From a virus (Duplodnaviria; Caudoviricetes): a stretch of 36,108 nt of DNA. The translations under genes were made by a program, and so were the position numbers. Where the stretch lies: the IMG/VR virus record IMGVR_UViG_3300031519_000085, positions 1-36,108 of that record; one strand, written 5' to 3'. Under the pieces are notes generated by a model, which was given only the letters and a program-made list of their open reading frames with translations, did not search any database and was not told where the DNA came from. Positions 7,898 to 16,170 of this stretch are shown in pieces; position 1 is the stretch's first letter, and every line of letters begins with the position of its first letter.

Positions 7898-8640
7898 CGG
7901 ACTTGCTTGTTGTGAGCGAGGGCCAAACCTTTGAGGTCGAGTTTTGCGTCAGTGCGTTCTCCTTTTTTTACGAGTTTTGCGTAAGGCTTCCATTCATCAA
8001 CGAATTTGGCCGCTGATACTGCATCACGATTTTGTTTGTAGAGATCTTGAAGGCCGCCAGCGTTCGTGCCAACGCCAGGGCAATTGAACCAGCGATGCGT
8101 ATCGAAAAGGATGCCAGAGGAGTGAACGATTGATTGCATGCAGAAGTCTCGATCTTCTTTGAGGTTTAAGCGTCCGCGATAGCTCCAGGTGATTTTAGGG
8201 ATATAGAGCAAAGTGCAAACCTCAGCAGTTTTACGGTTGATCATGAACCGAGTTTTGCCAGTGCTGTAAGACCAAGCGTGTTGGCAGTAGTTGATGCCGT
8301 TTACAGGAAACTTGTATTGGCTGACGTCAGCGTGAAAGCTTGAAAGGACAGTGTGATCACTTTTGATAGTTTTCCCTGCTTTGGCAATACCAAAACCTTG
8401 AACATCGTCATCCATGGCCCATACCCAATCCAACCCTTTGGTTTCGGCGTAATGGAGCAGGTAGTTTCTGACGTAGGCAATGCCTTGGTCGTTTTTAGGG
8501 ATGACGCAAAGGTTTGGAACGTTAGCCGCTTTGTAATCGGCTTCATCTTGAGGTTCTACAAGATGCGTGAAAGGGATATCGCCTAAGAGCTTGTAGGTCT
8601 TAGTCGGTGGCCTGCCTTTTGACGGAATGATGACGTGCAT
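7894..8640 (-). CDS. GT-A glycosyltransferase, TET-associated type
   Basis: VIIPSKGR start, GIAYVRN, WAMDDDV (DxD), KEDRDF, GTNAGG; adjacent to the TET/JBP-like gene. Confidence 0.8.
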   Translation of the reverse strand: MHVIIPSKGRPPTKTYKLLGDIPFTHLVEPQDEADYKAANVPNLCVIPKNDQGIAYVRNYLLHYAETKGLDWVWAMDDDVQGFGIAKAGKTIKSDHTVLSSFHADVSQYKFPVNGINYCQHAWSYSTGKTRFMINRKTAEVCTLLYIPKITWSYRGRLNLKEDRDFCMQSIVHSSGILFDTHRWFNCPGVGTNAGGLQDLYKQNRDAVSAAKFVDEWKPYAKLVKKGERTDAKLDLKGLALAHNKQVR

Positions 8641-9239
8641 CAGTTGTCATCTTTGATGGCATTGATAAGAAGCATCCCAACGTACTTGCCTTGCTTGCGA
8701 GCATCGCTTACAAGGGCTTGAGCTTCTTCATAGTCTTCGGGCTCAAAATCGATCTGGATTGCTTTGCGTACGCCTGCGGCGAAATCAGATAGGTCGTCTT
8801 CCAAGTCTTCTAAAGCTGAAAGGTCGACGGTTTCCCCGAAAGTGGGCAGCTCTTCTCCCCAGCCAAGAACTGTGAGATCAAACCCAACATCACCTAGGGC
8901 TTTGAGTTCAGCTTGCAACAGGTCGTCGTCCCAACCGGAGTTTAGAGCTAGTTGGTTATCAGCAATGACGTAGGCGCGTTTCTGATCTTCTGAGAGATGC
9001 GAAAGCTTGATGACCGGGACAGTGGTCATGTTCATAGCTTGCGCAGCTATGAGGCGACCGTGACCGGCTACCACTTGCATGTCATCGCCTACCAAGATCG
9101 GATTAGTGAAACCAAACTCTTTTAGGGATTGGACTAGGCGGTCTAACTGAGAAGCTGAATGAGTTCTGGGGTTGTTGACGTAAGGAGTAAGGGTTTCAAT
9201 ATTGACGTGTTCAATCTTGGTGACAGCCGTTGTAGTCAT
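8640..9239 (-). CDS. ParB/Srx N-terminal domain protein
   Basis: PYVNNPRTH...SLKEFGFTNPILV...VAGHGRLIAA...AYVIADNQLALNSGWD. Confidence 0.85.
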   Translation of the reverse strand: MTTTAVTKIEHVNIETLTPYVNNPRTHSASQLDRLVQSLKEFGFTNPILVGDDMQVVAGHGRLIAAQAMNMTTVPVIKLSHLSEDQKRAYVIADNQLALNSGWDDDLLQAELKALGDVGFDLTVLGWGEELPTFGETVDLSALEDLEDDLSDFAAGVRKAIQIDFEPEDYEEAQALVSDARKQGKYVGMLLINAIKDDN

Positions 9240-9246
9240 GCGTCCA

Positions 9247-9265
9247 TGATATTAATATCAATACG
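9247..9265. promoter_or_regulatory. perfect 14-bp palindrome TGATATTAATATCA at the divergence point, overlapping the 13-mer TAATATCAATACG
   Basis: Palindrome at 9247-9260; the same 13-mer recurs at 10251-10263. Confidence 0.5.
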
Positions 9266-9312
9266 CTAACACTAGGAAAGGCGAATGGCTGAAGAAGGGA
9301 AACTGTTTAGCT

Positions 9313-9546
9313 GTGACGCAGGGATGTTCCGAGTCATCGATGGAAAGCGAGAATTTGTCAACATCAGCACCGCGAATCTTAAGAGGTTGCGACTGGACGC
9401 AGCTTCTGACGAGAAATGGAGGGCCAGGAGAAAGCCCGGGAAGAGATGAGGCGGTAGCTGACGCGGTGGCTGCTGCTACTGAAAAGAAAAGAGTGAAGAG
9501 GGAACTGGAGGAGCTGAAGATGAAAAGGAAACGGAAAGGGCGATAG
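9313..9546 (+). CDS. hypothetical protein
   Basis: 77-aa ORF with basic tail; start uncertain. Confidence 0.4.
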   Translation: MTQGCSESSMESENLSTSAPRILRGCDWTQLLTRNGGPGESPGRDEAVADAVAAATEKKRVKRELEELKMKRKRKGR

Positions 9547-9568
9547 ACCTTTTGCCTGCCTGCTAACC

Positions 9569-9584
9569 ATAATATGATATTATT
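9569..9584 (+). promoter_or_regulatory. early promoter/operator motif ATAATATGATATTATT (copy 1)
   Basis: Intergenic; near-identical copies at 14080, 14315, 15091, 17529. Confidence 0.75.
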
Positions 9585-9607
9585 AATAAGTAGTCAGCCA
9601 CCAACCC

Positions 9608-9766
9608 ATGAACATCACCATCAAGTCTCACACTTGGTTCATCACCGCCAACGACAAAGGAGGCGAGATGCAATGGCAACAACAAGCAATCAGCAGCACT
9701 GAGCTGGTTGACTTGATTGACGAAGCCTTGGAAGAGGGTTACACCCCTTCTGTTGAACTTTGCTGA
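9608..9766 (+). CDS. hypothetical protein (52 aa)
   Basis: MNITIKSHTWFITANDKGG...; begins 23 nt after motif copy 1. Confidence 0.6.
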   Translation: MNITIKSHTWFITANDKGGEMQWQQQAISSTELVDLIDEALEEGYTPSVELC

Positions 9767-9804
9767 TTCTATTTTTACCCTCAAGCAAACGGAAACCGCA
9801 CGCA

Positions 9805-9969
9805 ATGCCAAACAAATCAGATCAGATCAACCGCATTGCGTCTGAGGAGCAAACCATGGCAAACATCGCTTGGGCTAAGGCTCGCGCAAGAGAGGCCAAA
9901 AGCCCAGACGGTTTAACAGCACTCGCCAAGAGTTTTTGGCACACCTTCCAAAAAGAGAACAACTCATGA
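9805..9969 (+). CDS. hypothetical protein
   Basis: MPNKSDQINRIAS...; ATGA overlap with the next ORF. Confidence 0.55.
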   Translation: MPNKSDQINRIASEEQTMANIAWAKARAREAKSPDGLTALAKSFWHTFQKENNS

Positions 9970-10235
9970 TCACCGCAACAGACACTAGCCACATGATTCA
10001 TCTTTGCGCGCCTAACGACTTTGACGGCAACCCTCAACGCGCTTGGGCTCAGTACGACTGGTGCGGCGTTTTGGTTGGCTGGTTCGAAGAAGGCTATTCA
10101 GGCGTTGGAGCAGTGCCCAATGAGCTAGATGCACAGCGATTAGCGGCTCCTTCTATACGCGTTACGGTCAAAGAATGGTTGACATGGAAGCGGGCTTATG
10201 AGGACATGCAGCGCGACAAGGAGTACTACATCTGA
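9966..10235 (+). CDS. hypothetical protein
   Basis: MITATDTSHMIHLCAPNDFDGNPQRAW... Confidence 0.6.
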   Translation: MITATDTSHMIHLCAPNDFDGNPQRAWAQYDWCGVLVGWFEEGYSGVGAVPNELDAQRLAAPSIRVTVKEWLTWKRAYEDMQRDKEYYI

Positions 10236-10277
10236 TGCTTTCCTATAAACTAATATCAATACGATTCAGGAATCCAA

Positions 10278-10496
10278 ATGCCTGCCCGAAAGAAAAACGA
10301 TCACTCGCCCCGCAAGTCAAAGGTACGACAAGTTTGTTTGACGCCAGTCCACGACCAGATGCTTACCGAAGTCGCAAACAAGCGTTACAACGGCAGGGTC
10401 AGTCATGCTTTGCTGGGCTTGTTATCCAAGCCGTTGAAGAAGGCTTACCTAGATCTGTGCGTCGCAGATGTCATGGAGGAAACCGCCGCCAACTGA
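10278..10496 (+). CDS. small putative DNA-binding protein (ribbon-helix-helix-like)
   Basis: VRQVCLTPVHDQMLTEVANKRYNGRVSHALLGLL has a strand-helix-helix pattern. Confidence 0.5.
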   Translation: MPARKKNDHSPRKSKVRQVCLTPVHDQMLTEVANKRYNGRVSHALLGLLSKPLKKAYLDLCVADVMEETAAN

Positions 10497-10520
10497 CGGA
10501 TCAATCTTCGTCGGTTGGCG
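10487..10520 (+). other. 14-bp RNA hairpin overlapping the stop of 10278..10496
   Basis: CGCCAACTGACGGA-TCAATC-TTCGTCGGTTGGCG (2 G-U pairs); no U-tract. Confidence 0.55.
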
Positions 10521-10543
10521 TTACCGCTAATCGACTTTTAGTC

Positions 10544-10855
10544 ATGCTCAAGCCCAAAAGTTTTCACATCCCTGGCGCCTTGCTTATTGAGCAGCACATT
10601 GTTAGGGAGGGGCCAAGCCCGTACTTTGTCGCGTGGAAGCCTCACACCTCTCGCCTGTTCTATGACCGCAGAGAGATGATGCGTTGGATCAAGTGGCCTA
10701 AAGGAACGCCAACCCGTGAAAGCATTGATGCGTTTTTAGACGGCTTGGAGACATCAAGTGCGTCAGCCCCTTCGCCTCTTGATATGGAGGAAATTAGACG
10801 CAAAGGCTTTGGCCCTGAAGCCCACAGTTTGGACCACTCTGAGTCACGACAATAG
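10544..10855 (+). CDS. hypothetical protein
   Basis: MLKPKSFHIPGALLIEQ...; internal ATG of the track ORF 10235..10855. Confidence 0.6.
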   Translation: MLKPKSFHIPGALLIEQHIVREGPSPYFVAWKPHTSRLFYDRREMMRWIKWPKGTPTRESIDAFLDGLETSSASAPSPLDMEEIRRKGFGPEAHSLDHSESRQ

Positions 10856-10858
10856 ATT

Positions 10859-11317
10859 GTGGACAGCCGAATCGACAAAGAAGAGCGGGCCTACCTGCTT
10901 CTTCAGTGGGCTTCATTAGCTCCTTTGGCCCCTTTTGACGAAGGGCTGGCAGAGTCAGGTTTTTACACCTCTGTGCAAAAACAGAGAAGCGATAAAGCAC
11001 TTGATGATTGGGACAAAGAAAACCCCTACGAACAAAGCTCGGAACTTAAAGCGTTCCATGAGCTTGAACGAAGGGGGGTGATTACACAGAGCGACTTTTT
11101 CTCCCCAGACAAAGCCGCTCGTTGTATTCGATGGATCGACCCTAAAGATCCATCAAAAGGCGAACACACCACCTGCACATCTTACTGCGATGACCTCAAA
11201 GCCCACAACGCAACAGCAAGAACTCAACAGGGTTCGGGATCAAGTGAACAAAGAGTTCCAGCCTCCAGCGACGAAAGGAATGGAAGGGCTAAGAGATTTC
11301 GCTACCACCGCAGTTAA
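10859..11317 (+). CDS. hypothetical protein upstream of helicase
   Basis: 152-aa ORF, GTG start. Confidence 0.55.
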   Translation: MDSRIDKEERAYLLLQWASLAPLAPFDEGLAESGFYTSVQKQRSDKALDDWDKENPYEQSSELKAFHELERRGVITQSDFFSPDKAARCIRWIDPKDPSKGEHTTCTSYCDDLKAHNATARTQQGSGSSEQRVPASSDERNGRAKRFRYHRS

Positions 11318-12914
11318 AACCTGGGAGCTTGAAAGCGAACAGATGACGCAGATGTGGTCCAAGGCTGCTGAGCTGCATCTGATAGACGCAACGAAAGAAC
11401 TTTTGCAGGATTATCTAGCTGAAGCCAGAGAAGTCCTTAATCCAGACGGTCACTACACAAGGGGACAGGACTGGGAAGCAGATACCGACGTTGAATGGAT
11501 CTGGGATCAATGGATCGCTAAAGGGTTTTTCCACACGATCACAGCAATGCAGAAAGTCGGAAAGTCGACTTTCTTTTTGGATTTCATTAAGTCCATCTGT
11601 GATGGAAACGAGGATCACCTCAACTTTTCACTCTTTAGTGAGAAGAAGGATCTTGAGTTTGTGCTGATTGGGCCGGACATGGGCAAACGTCTTTGGGGGA
11701 CGTATGGCGTCAAGTCACAGCTACTCCAGAGTAATGATGCCACAGGCAAGCTCCGTTGGCACGAACAGATCGCTCACGTCTTTACGGAAGAGGATGAATA
11801 CGGGCTGGGCAAGACGCACATCGCTCATTACGTCGAGATCGCGAAAGAGATCACAGCGCGAGGTAAGCACCCTGTTTTTGTGATGGACAGTTACAGCGCC
11901 ATGCTTTCGATGGCAGGGATTAAGACCAGTGAAAACGACAGCCAGTTTGCCAATCCACTAAGAGAGCTAAAGCTGGCATTGGGACGGACTGGTGCGACGT
12001 CGCTGATGCTGCATCATTCCAGCCTGTCCAGCTCTAAGCGCAGCACGGAAGCTTCTAACAGTGGGCACCAAGCATTCAACCGCGTACCAGATCAACTTTT
12101 GACTTTGAAATGGTTGACAGAGGCCGGTGTTGACGGGAACCGCGCTGATCGCCGCATTGTGTTGAGTGCAAGCGGGAGGACAGGCTCAGCAGTCAGCTCT
12201 CAGTTGTTGGAGCAAAGCCTTGATTGGGGATGGTCGAACCATGGAGAGATCGACGATGCGCTGAGAATCCAGGTTGCCTTGGAGGAGCGTGATCGATTAG
12301 CTGGCGACGATGCGATCTGCTTTGACCTGCTGAACACAAGAACAGCGAATGGAGTAGGGACAACGACTAACGAATTATCGGAGCTGCGTGACACCAGCTC
12401 AAATGGGCGTGGAGCTTGGAGCGACGCAAAGATCAGACGGCTTTTTTGCAAGCTCGAAAGAAAAGGATTGGCTTTTGTTGATGGCTCTAAGCCACGCCCA
12501 GGCGACCTAGGAGGAATGCCTTGGAAAGTCTGGTGGACGTTTGAGAAAGCGATCCAGCCTGGTGGCATGAATACCCAAAAATCGCAATCTGAGAGCAAAA
12601 ATCGCATAAATACCGCTTCTGCGCGCAGCCCCCAAGAACCCGAAACGTTGCAAACACCGCAAACATTGCAAACACCTCAAACATCGGCTTACGGAGACAA
12701 CCCACCTTCGGAGCGGCAAATGGTGGAAGATGCCAACGGGCAAAACAGTTTTGTGGTCGTGGGATTGGTTTTGGGCTCAGGCGACGTGAAGGTGCAAAAG
12801 TTTGGCGACAAGTCTGCACCGGTCAAGCAACGCCGATGGATGGTTGATGTCTTTCCGTGCGGCACGCATGCCAAAGCACATCCGATCGTTTTTGACGACG
12901 ATGAAGTCCTTTGA
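11190..12914 (+). CDS. RecA/RepA-type AAA helicase (replication protein) with C-terminal winged-helix-like region
   Basis: Walker A AMQKVGKST, Walker B VFVMDSY, LMLHHS, GHQAF; start may be 11280. Confidence 0.8.
   Translation: MTSKPTTQQQELNRVRDQVNKEFQPPATKGMEGLRDFATTAVKTWELESEQMTQMWSKAAELHLIDATKELLQDYLAEAREVLNPDGHYTRGQDWEADTDVEWIWDQWIAKGFFHTITAMQKVGKSTFFLDFIKSICDGNEDHLNFSLFSEKKDLEFVLIGPDMGKRLWGTYGVKSQLLQSNDATGKLRWHEQIAHVFTEEDEYGLGKTHIAHYVEIAKEITARGKHPVFVMDSYSAMLSMAGIKTSENDSQFANPLRELKLALGRTGATSLMLHHSSLSSSKRSTEASNSGHQAFNRVPDQLLTLKWLTEAGVDGNRADRRIVLSASGRTGSAVSSQLLEQSLDWGWSNHGEIDDALRIQVALEERDRLAGDDAICFDLLNTRTANGVGTTTNELSELRDTSSNGRGAWSDAKIRRLFCKLERKGLAFVDGSKPRPGDLGGMPWKVWWTFEKAIQPGGMNTQKSQSESKNRINTASARSPQEPETLQTPQTLQTPQTSAYGDNPPSERQMVEDANGQNSFVVVGLVLGSGDVKVQKFGDKSAPVKQRRWMVDVFPCGTHAKAHPIVFDDDEVL
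12576..12686 (+). repeat. iteron-like repeats inside the helicase gene
   Basis: CAAAAATCGCA at 12576 and 12596; five tandem 9-mers at 12642-12686 (GAAACGTTG CAAACACCG CAAACATTG CAAACACCT CAAACATCG). Confidence 0.7.
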
Positions 12915-12954
12915 CTGATTCTGTATTATTATTATTTCAAGCCATCTATCTCTC

Positions 12955-13428
12955 ATGCTCAAAATCCCAAAATCTGATTTTTTCGAACCTGATCGTTCTT
13001 CTCTTCAACCTGAGGTCAATGAATGGCTGGAGGATCGGATTGCGGCTGATCGCGACTGGTTTGATTCTCACCCAAAAACACTTTGTTATTTCAGACCGCT
13101 TGAAGCTGTAGAAGAAGCTCCGTATCAGAATTACGGCGCAGGTCTTCTTTACCTTGTCGATCCTGATGACGTTCCGGTTAAAGACCAAACATGGGTTGCG
13201 CTAGTTGATGTTTTCCGTTTGCACGGAATTTATGAGAAAGATTCATGCAGGATGAAGTTTAGATGTCCTCCTGTTAATTTCAGCGACCCTGATCAAGTTG
13301 AGCTTGCTACTGAAATCGCGTTGCGATGTGCAGAATGGGTCGAAGTCCAACGACAAGCGGGCAAGGTAAAGACAGGCTATGTCAAAGGGCGAAGCAGCTC
13401 TGACACTGCTGGTAAGGGGTTTGCTTGA
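12955..13428 (+). CDS. hypothetical protein
   Basis: 157 aa; DRDWFDSHP...YFRP; preceded by an AT-rich degenerate motif copy. Confidence 0.7.
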   Translation: MLKIPKSDFFEPDRSSLQPEVNEWLEDRIAADRDWFDSHPKTLCYFRPLEAVEEAPYQNYGAGLLYLVDPDDVPVKDQTWVALVDVFRLHGIYEKDSCRMKFRCPPVNFSDPDQVELATEIALRCAEWVEVQRQAGKVKTGYVKGRSSSDTAGKGFA

Positions 13429-14063
13429 TGACAACGAAGATCAAGCCGCTTGGGCCGCTCCCGATCGAGTTCAACGAAGAGCTGCATCAATACATTTGGA
13501 CCCCGACCGGAGAAGTCATGGGCGTCAGCGTTACTGGCGTTCTGTCGGTCAATAAGACCGCATCTCAGTTGGCCAACATCAACAAGCACAAAGCGACTTG
13601 GGCCCCTCGCGGCTTGCATGTCCACGCATCGCTGGAACACAAACTTAAGGGGCTTCCGTTTGACATTGATCCGGTCTACACCGAATGGGTCACGCCACTG
13701 CTAGCTCACCCGTTTTGGGAGACTTTCGAGCCGATAGCGATTGAGCACCGCCTTTGTGATTTGAGTCGCGGAGTCGGCGGATCTTTAGACGCTTTGGGAT
13801 ATGACAACTTCACGGGGAAGCTGGTACTGCTTGACCTGAAAAGCCAGAGCAGCGCGAAGTACGGCACTTATTCAACTGATGCACAGATGGGCGGCTACCT
13901 CGGGATGCTGATCAATCGGCACGGAATCACGATTGACGAATGTTTGACTGTCTGGGCTCGCCCTGGCGAGTGCTTGGTTGGCGACCCGCAAGACCCGAAC
14001 GATTGCCTAGAGGCTTGGGAAGAAGCGTACGAGAAATGGGAAGCGTTGCAGGAAAAGATTTGA
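13425..14063 (+). CDS. PD-(D/E)XK exonuclease (Cas4/RecB-like)
   Basis: SVTGVL, RGLHVHASLE, IEHRL, GSLDAL, LLDLKS, QMGGY. Confidence 0.8.
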   Translation: MMTTKIKPLGPLPIEFNEELHQYIWTPTGEVMGVSVTGVLSVNKTASQLANINKHKATWAPRGLHVHASLEHKLKGLPFDIDPVYTEWVTPLLAHPFWETFEPIAIEHRLCDLSRGVGGSLDALGYDNFTGKLVLLDLKSQSSAKYGTYSTDAQMGGYLGMLINRHGITIDECLTVWARPGECLVGDPQDPNDCLEAWEEAYEKWEALQEKI

Positions 14064-14079
14064 ACCCCCTCTTGGAATC

Positions 14080-14105
14080 ATAATATGGTATTATTATCTC
14101 AAGCC
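14080..14105 (+). promoter_or_regulatory. early promoter/operator motif copy 2
   Basis: ATAATATGGTATTATTATCTCAAGCC. Confidence 0.75.
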
Positions 14106-14124
14106 AATCAATCGCCTCAAGCTC

Positions 14125-14295
14125 ATGACTCCTTCCGACCTTCTTGCCCAAATCCTTTCTAATGAGTTCGAAGCCTGCGCCGAGATGACAGACGAGAACA
14201 CCGTCTTCGAGAAATCAGCTGTCAACGCTTGGGTTGCAGCGCACCTGCCTGACCTTGAAGAGCTGGTAGGCGATTTTGTAGCCGAGCGTTTTTGA
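14125..14295 (+). CDS. hypothetical protein (56 aa)
   Basis: MTPSDLLAQILSNEFEACAE...; lies between motif copies 2 and 3. Confidence 0.6.
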   Translation: MTPSDLLAQILSNEFEACAEMTDENTVFEKSAVNAWVAAHLPDLEELVGDFVAERF

Positions 14296-14300
14296 GCCTT

Positions 14301-14339
14301 TTGCTCCCATGACCATAATATGGTATTATTATCTCAAGC
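14301..14339 (+). promoter_or_regulatory. sigma70-like promoter / motif copy 3
   Basis: TTGCTC-17 nt-TATTAT with TGn extension; ATAATATGGTATTATTATCTCAAGC at 14315. Confidence 0.75.
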
Positions 14340-14372
14340 GGTTCAACCCGCACCACTCATCTCTCAAAAATC

Positions 14373-14555
14373 ATGGACCTCAACCAAAAGCTTGATCACT
14401 ACAAACTTCAACTCAGCCACGCCGAAGACGAATATTCTTTCGCAATTGCTAACGGTGATTGGGCCGAGTGCGCTCACACTAAAGGCATGGTTGCTAAGTA
14501 CCGCAAGCTCATCGGTCAGCTCATCAAGCAACGCATGAAGCTTTCCCTCGTTTGA
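14373..14555 (+). CDS. hypothetical protein
   Basis: 60-aa helical ORF after motif copy 3. Confidence 0.6.
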   Translation: MDLNQKLDHYKLQLSHAEDEYSFAIANGDWAECAHTKGMVAKYRKLIGQLIKQRMKLSLV

Positions 14556-14558
14556 TCA

Positions 14559-15074
14559 ATGAACATCTTTGCTTGCCACGAGTCGCCATTCCAAGCGGCT
14601 CAATGCCTTCCTGACAAACACATCGTCAAAATGCCACTGGAGTCAGCGCAAATGCTTGCGGTTGCCTTTGGTCAGCACGGCCTGGGGCTCGGTACTCTTC
14701 GCAAGGCTGACGGAGCGCCATATGCCGACACCGCTTTCCGCAACCATCCCTGCTCAGTTTGGGCGCGTTCTTCTTTTGCCAACCTTGCTTGGCTAATAGT
14801 TCACGGTCAAGCCCTTTGCTGGGAATACACCCACCGTTACGGCAAGCGCCACGCCTGCCTCACCGCCATGGGTGATGCCGACTATTTGTTCAAGGGAACC
14901 GGCTTCGGCCTTGGCATCTATGGCATGCACGATACCTTTGTCCGCGCCATGCCTAATGACATCAAAAACGATTCATCCATTGACGAAATAACTGCATACC
15001 GCCGTTACCTCCAAACCAAAACTTGGGCCAAATGGAGCAAAGACCCAAGCCGAAAACCTGAGTGGTGGTCATAA
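14559..15074 (+). CDS. pyrimidine-dimer DNA glycosylase/endonuclease V-like protein
   Basis: MNIF...DKHIVKMPLESAQML...NHPCSVWAR...EYTHRYGKRH...AYRRY...PEWW. Confidence 0.8.
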   Translation: MNIFACHESPFQAAQCLPDKHIVKMPLESAQMLAVAFGQHGLGLGTLRKADGAPYADTAFRNHPCSVWARSSFANLAWLIVHGQALCWEYTHRYGKRHACLTAMGDADYLFKGTGFGLGIYGMHDTFVRAMPNDIKNDSSIDEITAYRRYLQTKTWAKWSKDPSRKPEWWS

Positions 15075-15077
15075 TTA

Positions 15078-15116
15078 TTGCCTCATCTCTATAATATGGT
15101 ATTATTATCTCAAGCC
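15078..15116 (+). promoter_or_regulatory. sigma70-like promoter / motif copy 4
   Basis: TTGCCT-16 nt-TATTAT; ATAATATGGTATTATTATCTCAAGCC at 15091. Confidence 0.75.
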
Positions 15117-15134
15117 AATCATCTATTGCCAATC

Positions 15135-15554
15135 ATGAAAACAGTTTCGATTCGCCTCACCGACAAGCAGTATCACTACGTAGCTGCTCTCGCGAAAAAC
15201 CAGATGCGCTCTGTTGAGCACTTAATGTGGCTTTCTCTTTCGGAAGGGGTTGACGCTTTGTTTTGCGAAATTCCTTATCACGTGGAAAAGTTGCATTGCG
15301 ATTTTTCCGAAAAGGATCATGAAAGCATGGACAAGCATCCCCTTCACACGCCGTCCGCCGGTTACTACAACGAAAGAAATAGCTTGTTTAGCGAGATAGC
15401 CCGAAACGTGCTTGCCGATATTGACGGCACCTTTGAGTCAGCAGATGCAGAGTTCGATCTGCAGCTTGCGATCAATCACACAAAAGCTCTGCACTTTGCG
15501 CGCGAGAAAGTTTTTGAGGCAAAACAAGCTGCTAAGAAGGAGGCTGCGAAATGA
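15135..15554 (+). CDS. Arc-like RHH domain protein
   Basis: MKTVSIRLTDKQYHYVAALAKNQMRSVEHLM. Confidence 0.6.
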   Translation: MKTVSIRLTDKQYHYVAALAKNQMRSVEHLMWLSLSEGVDALFCEIPYHVEKLHCDFSEKDHESMDKHPLHTPSAGYYNERNSLFSEIARNVLADIDGTFESADAEFDLQLAINHTKALHFAREKVFEAKQAAKKEAAK

Positions 15555-15943
15555 ACGCTAACAGCATGGACTTTTCGCTTCTACCCCTTTTTAACGCCCC
15601 GCCCAACTTTGACGGCGAGTCCGGGAAAGAGTTAGGAATGGATCGAGCAGAGCGGCACGCCAGCGACGAATGGAAAAACGCCGGATTAAAAATCATTCGC
15701 CATTACGCGCGAAATTGCGAGTTTGTTTCTGCAAATGACTTTTGGGCAGGAATGGAAATCCTTGGCCTTTCTACTCACGAGAATCGAGCGTCTGGCTCGC
15801 TTTTTCTAAAAGCCGCAAGGCTCGGATGGATCGAAAAAACAAGCAGCACTATTAAGACCACTCGTGCAAAGCGAAACGGCGGAGACGTTCGTCTGTGGCG
15901 TTCCCTTTTATTCCCTTCCCCTATCGACTCAGAACAGCTATGA
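15551..15943 (+). CDS. hypothetical protein (winged-helix-like)
   Basis: 130 aa, ATGA-coupled. Confidence 0.65.
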   Translation: MNANSMDFSLLPLFNAPPNFDGESGKELGMDRAERHASDEWKNAGLKIIRHYARNCEFVSANDFWAGMEILGLSTHENRASGSLFLKAARLGWIEKTSSTIKTTRAKRNGGDVRLWRSLLFPSPIDSEQL

Positions 15944-16170
15944 AAAGAATCATCCGACTTGAACCAGGCCATTACCTGCACATCGACTCATACAGGAGTC
16001 GATTCCTGCATCATCTGCGCCCCAAAGCTTCTTGGACGACTGCAGTTTTTGCGATCACAACTTTCTCCCTATGCATGTTTTATGGAACCTTTGCCTCCCG
16101 TCTCATGGATAACACGCCTGCTTATCAATCTCCTGAGGCGTCGCAAAGACGTTTTGAGCCTCTCCCTTGA
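15940..16170 (+). CDS. small membrane protein
   Basis: MKRIIRLEPG...; hydrophobic WTTAVFAITTFSLCMFYG segment. Confidence 0.5.
   Translation: MKRIIRLEPGHYLHIDSYRSRFLHHLRPKASWTTAVFAITTFSLCMFYGTFASRLMDNTPAYQSPEASQRRFEPLP

Noticed and set aside
10235-10543. 5' half of the 206-aa track ORF
   Set aside because: Overlaps the better 10278..10496 ORF and a hairpin; ATG 10544 is the more plausible start.
14080-15116. CRISPR-like array from repeated 25-mers near a Cas4-like nuclease
   Set aside because: Spacing is 235-776 bp and the intervals contain genes; these are promoter boxes.
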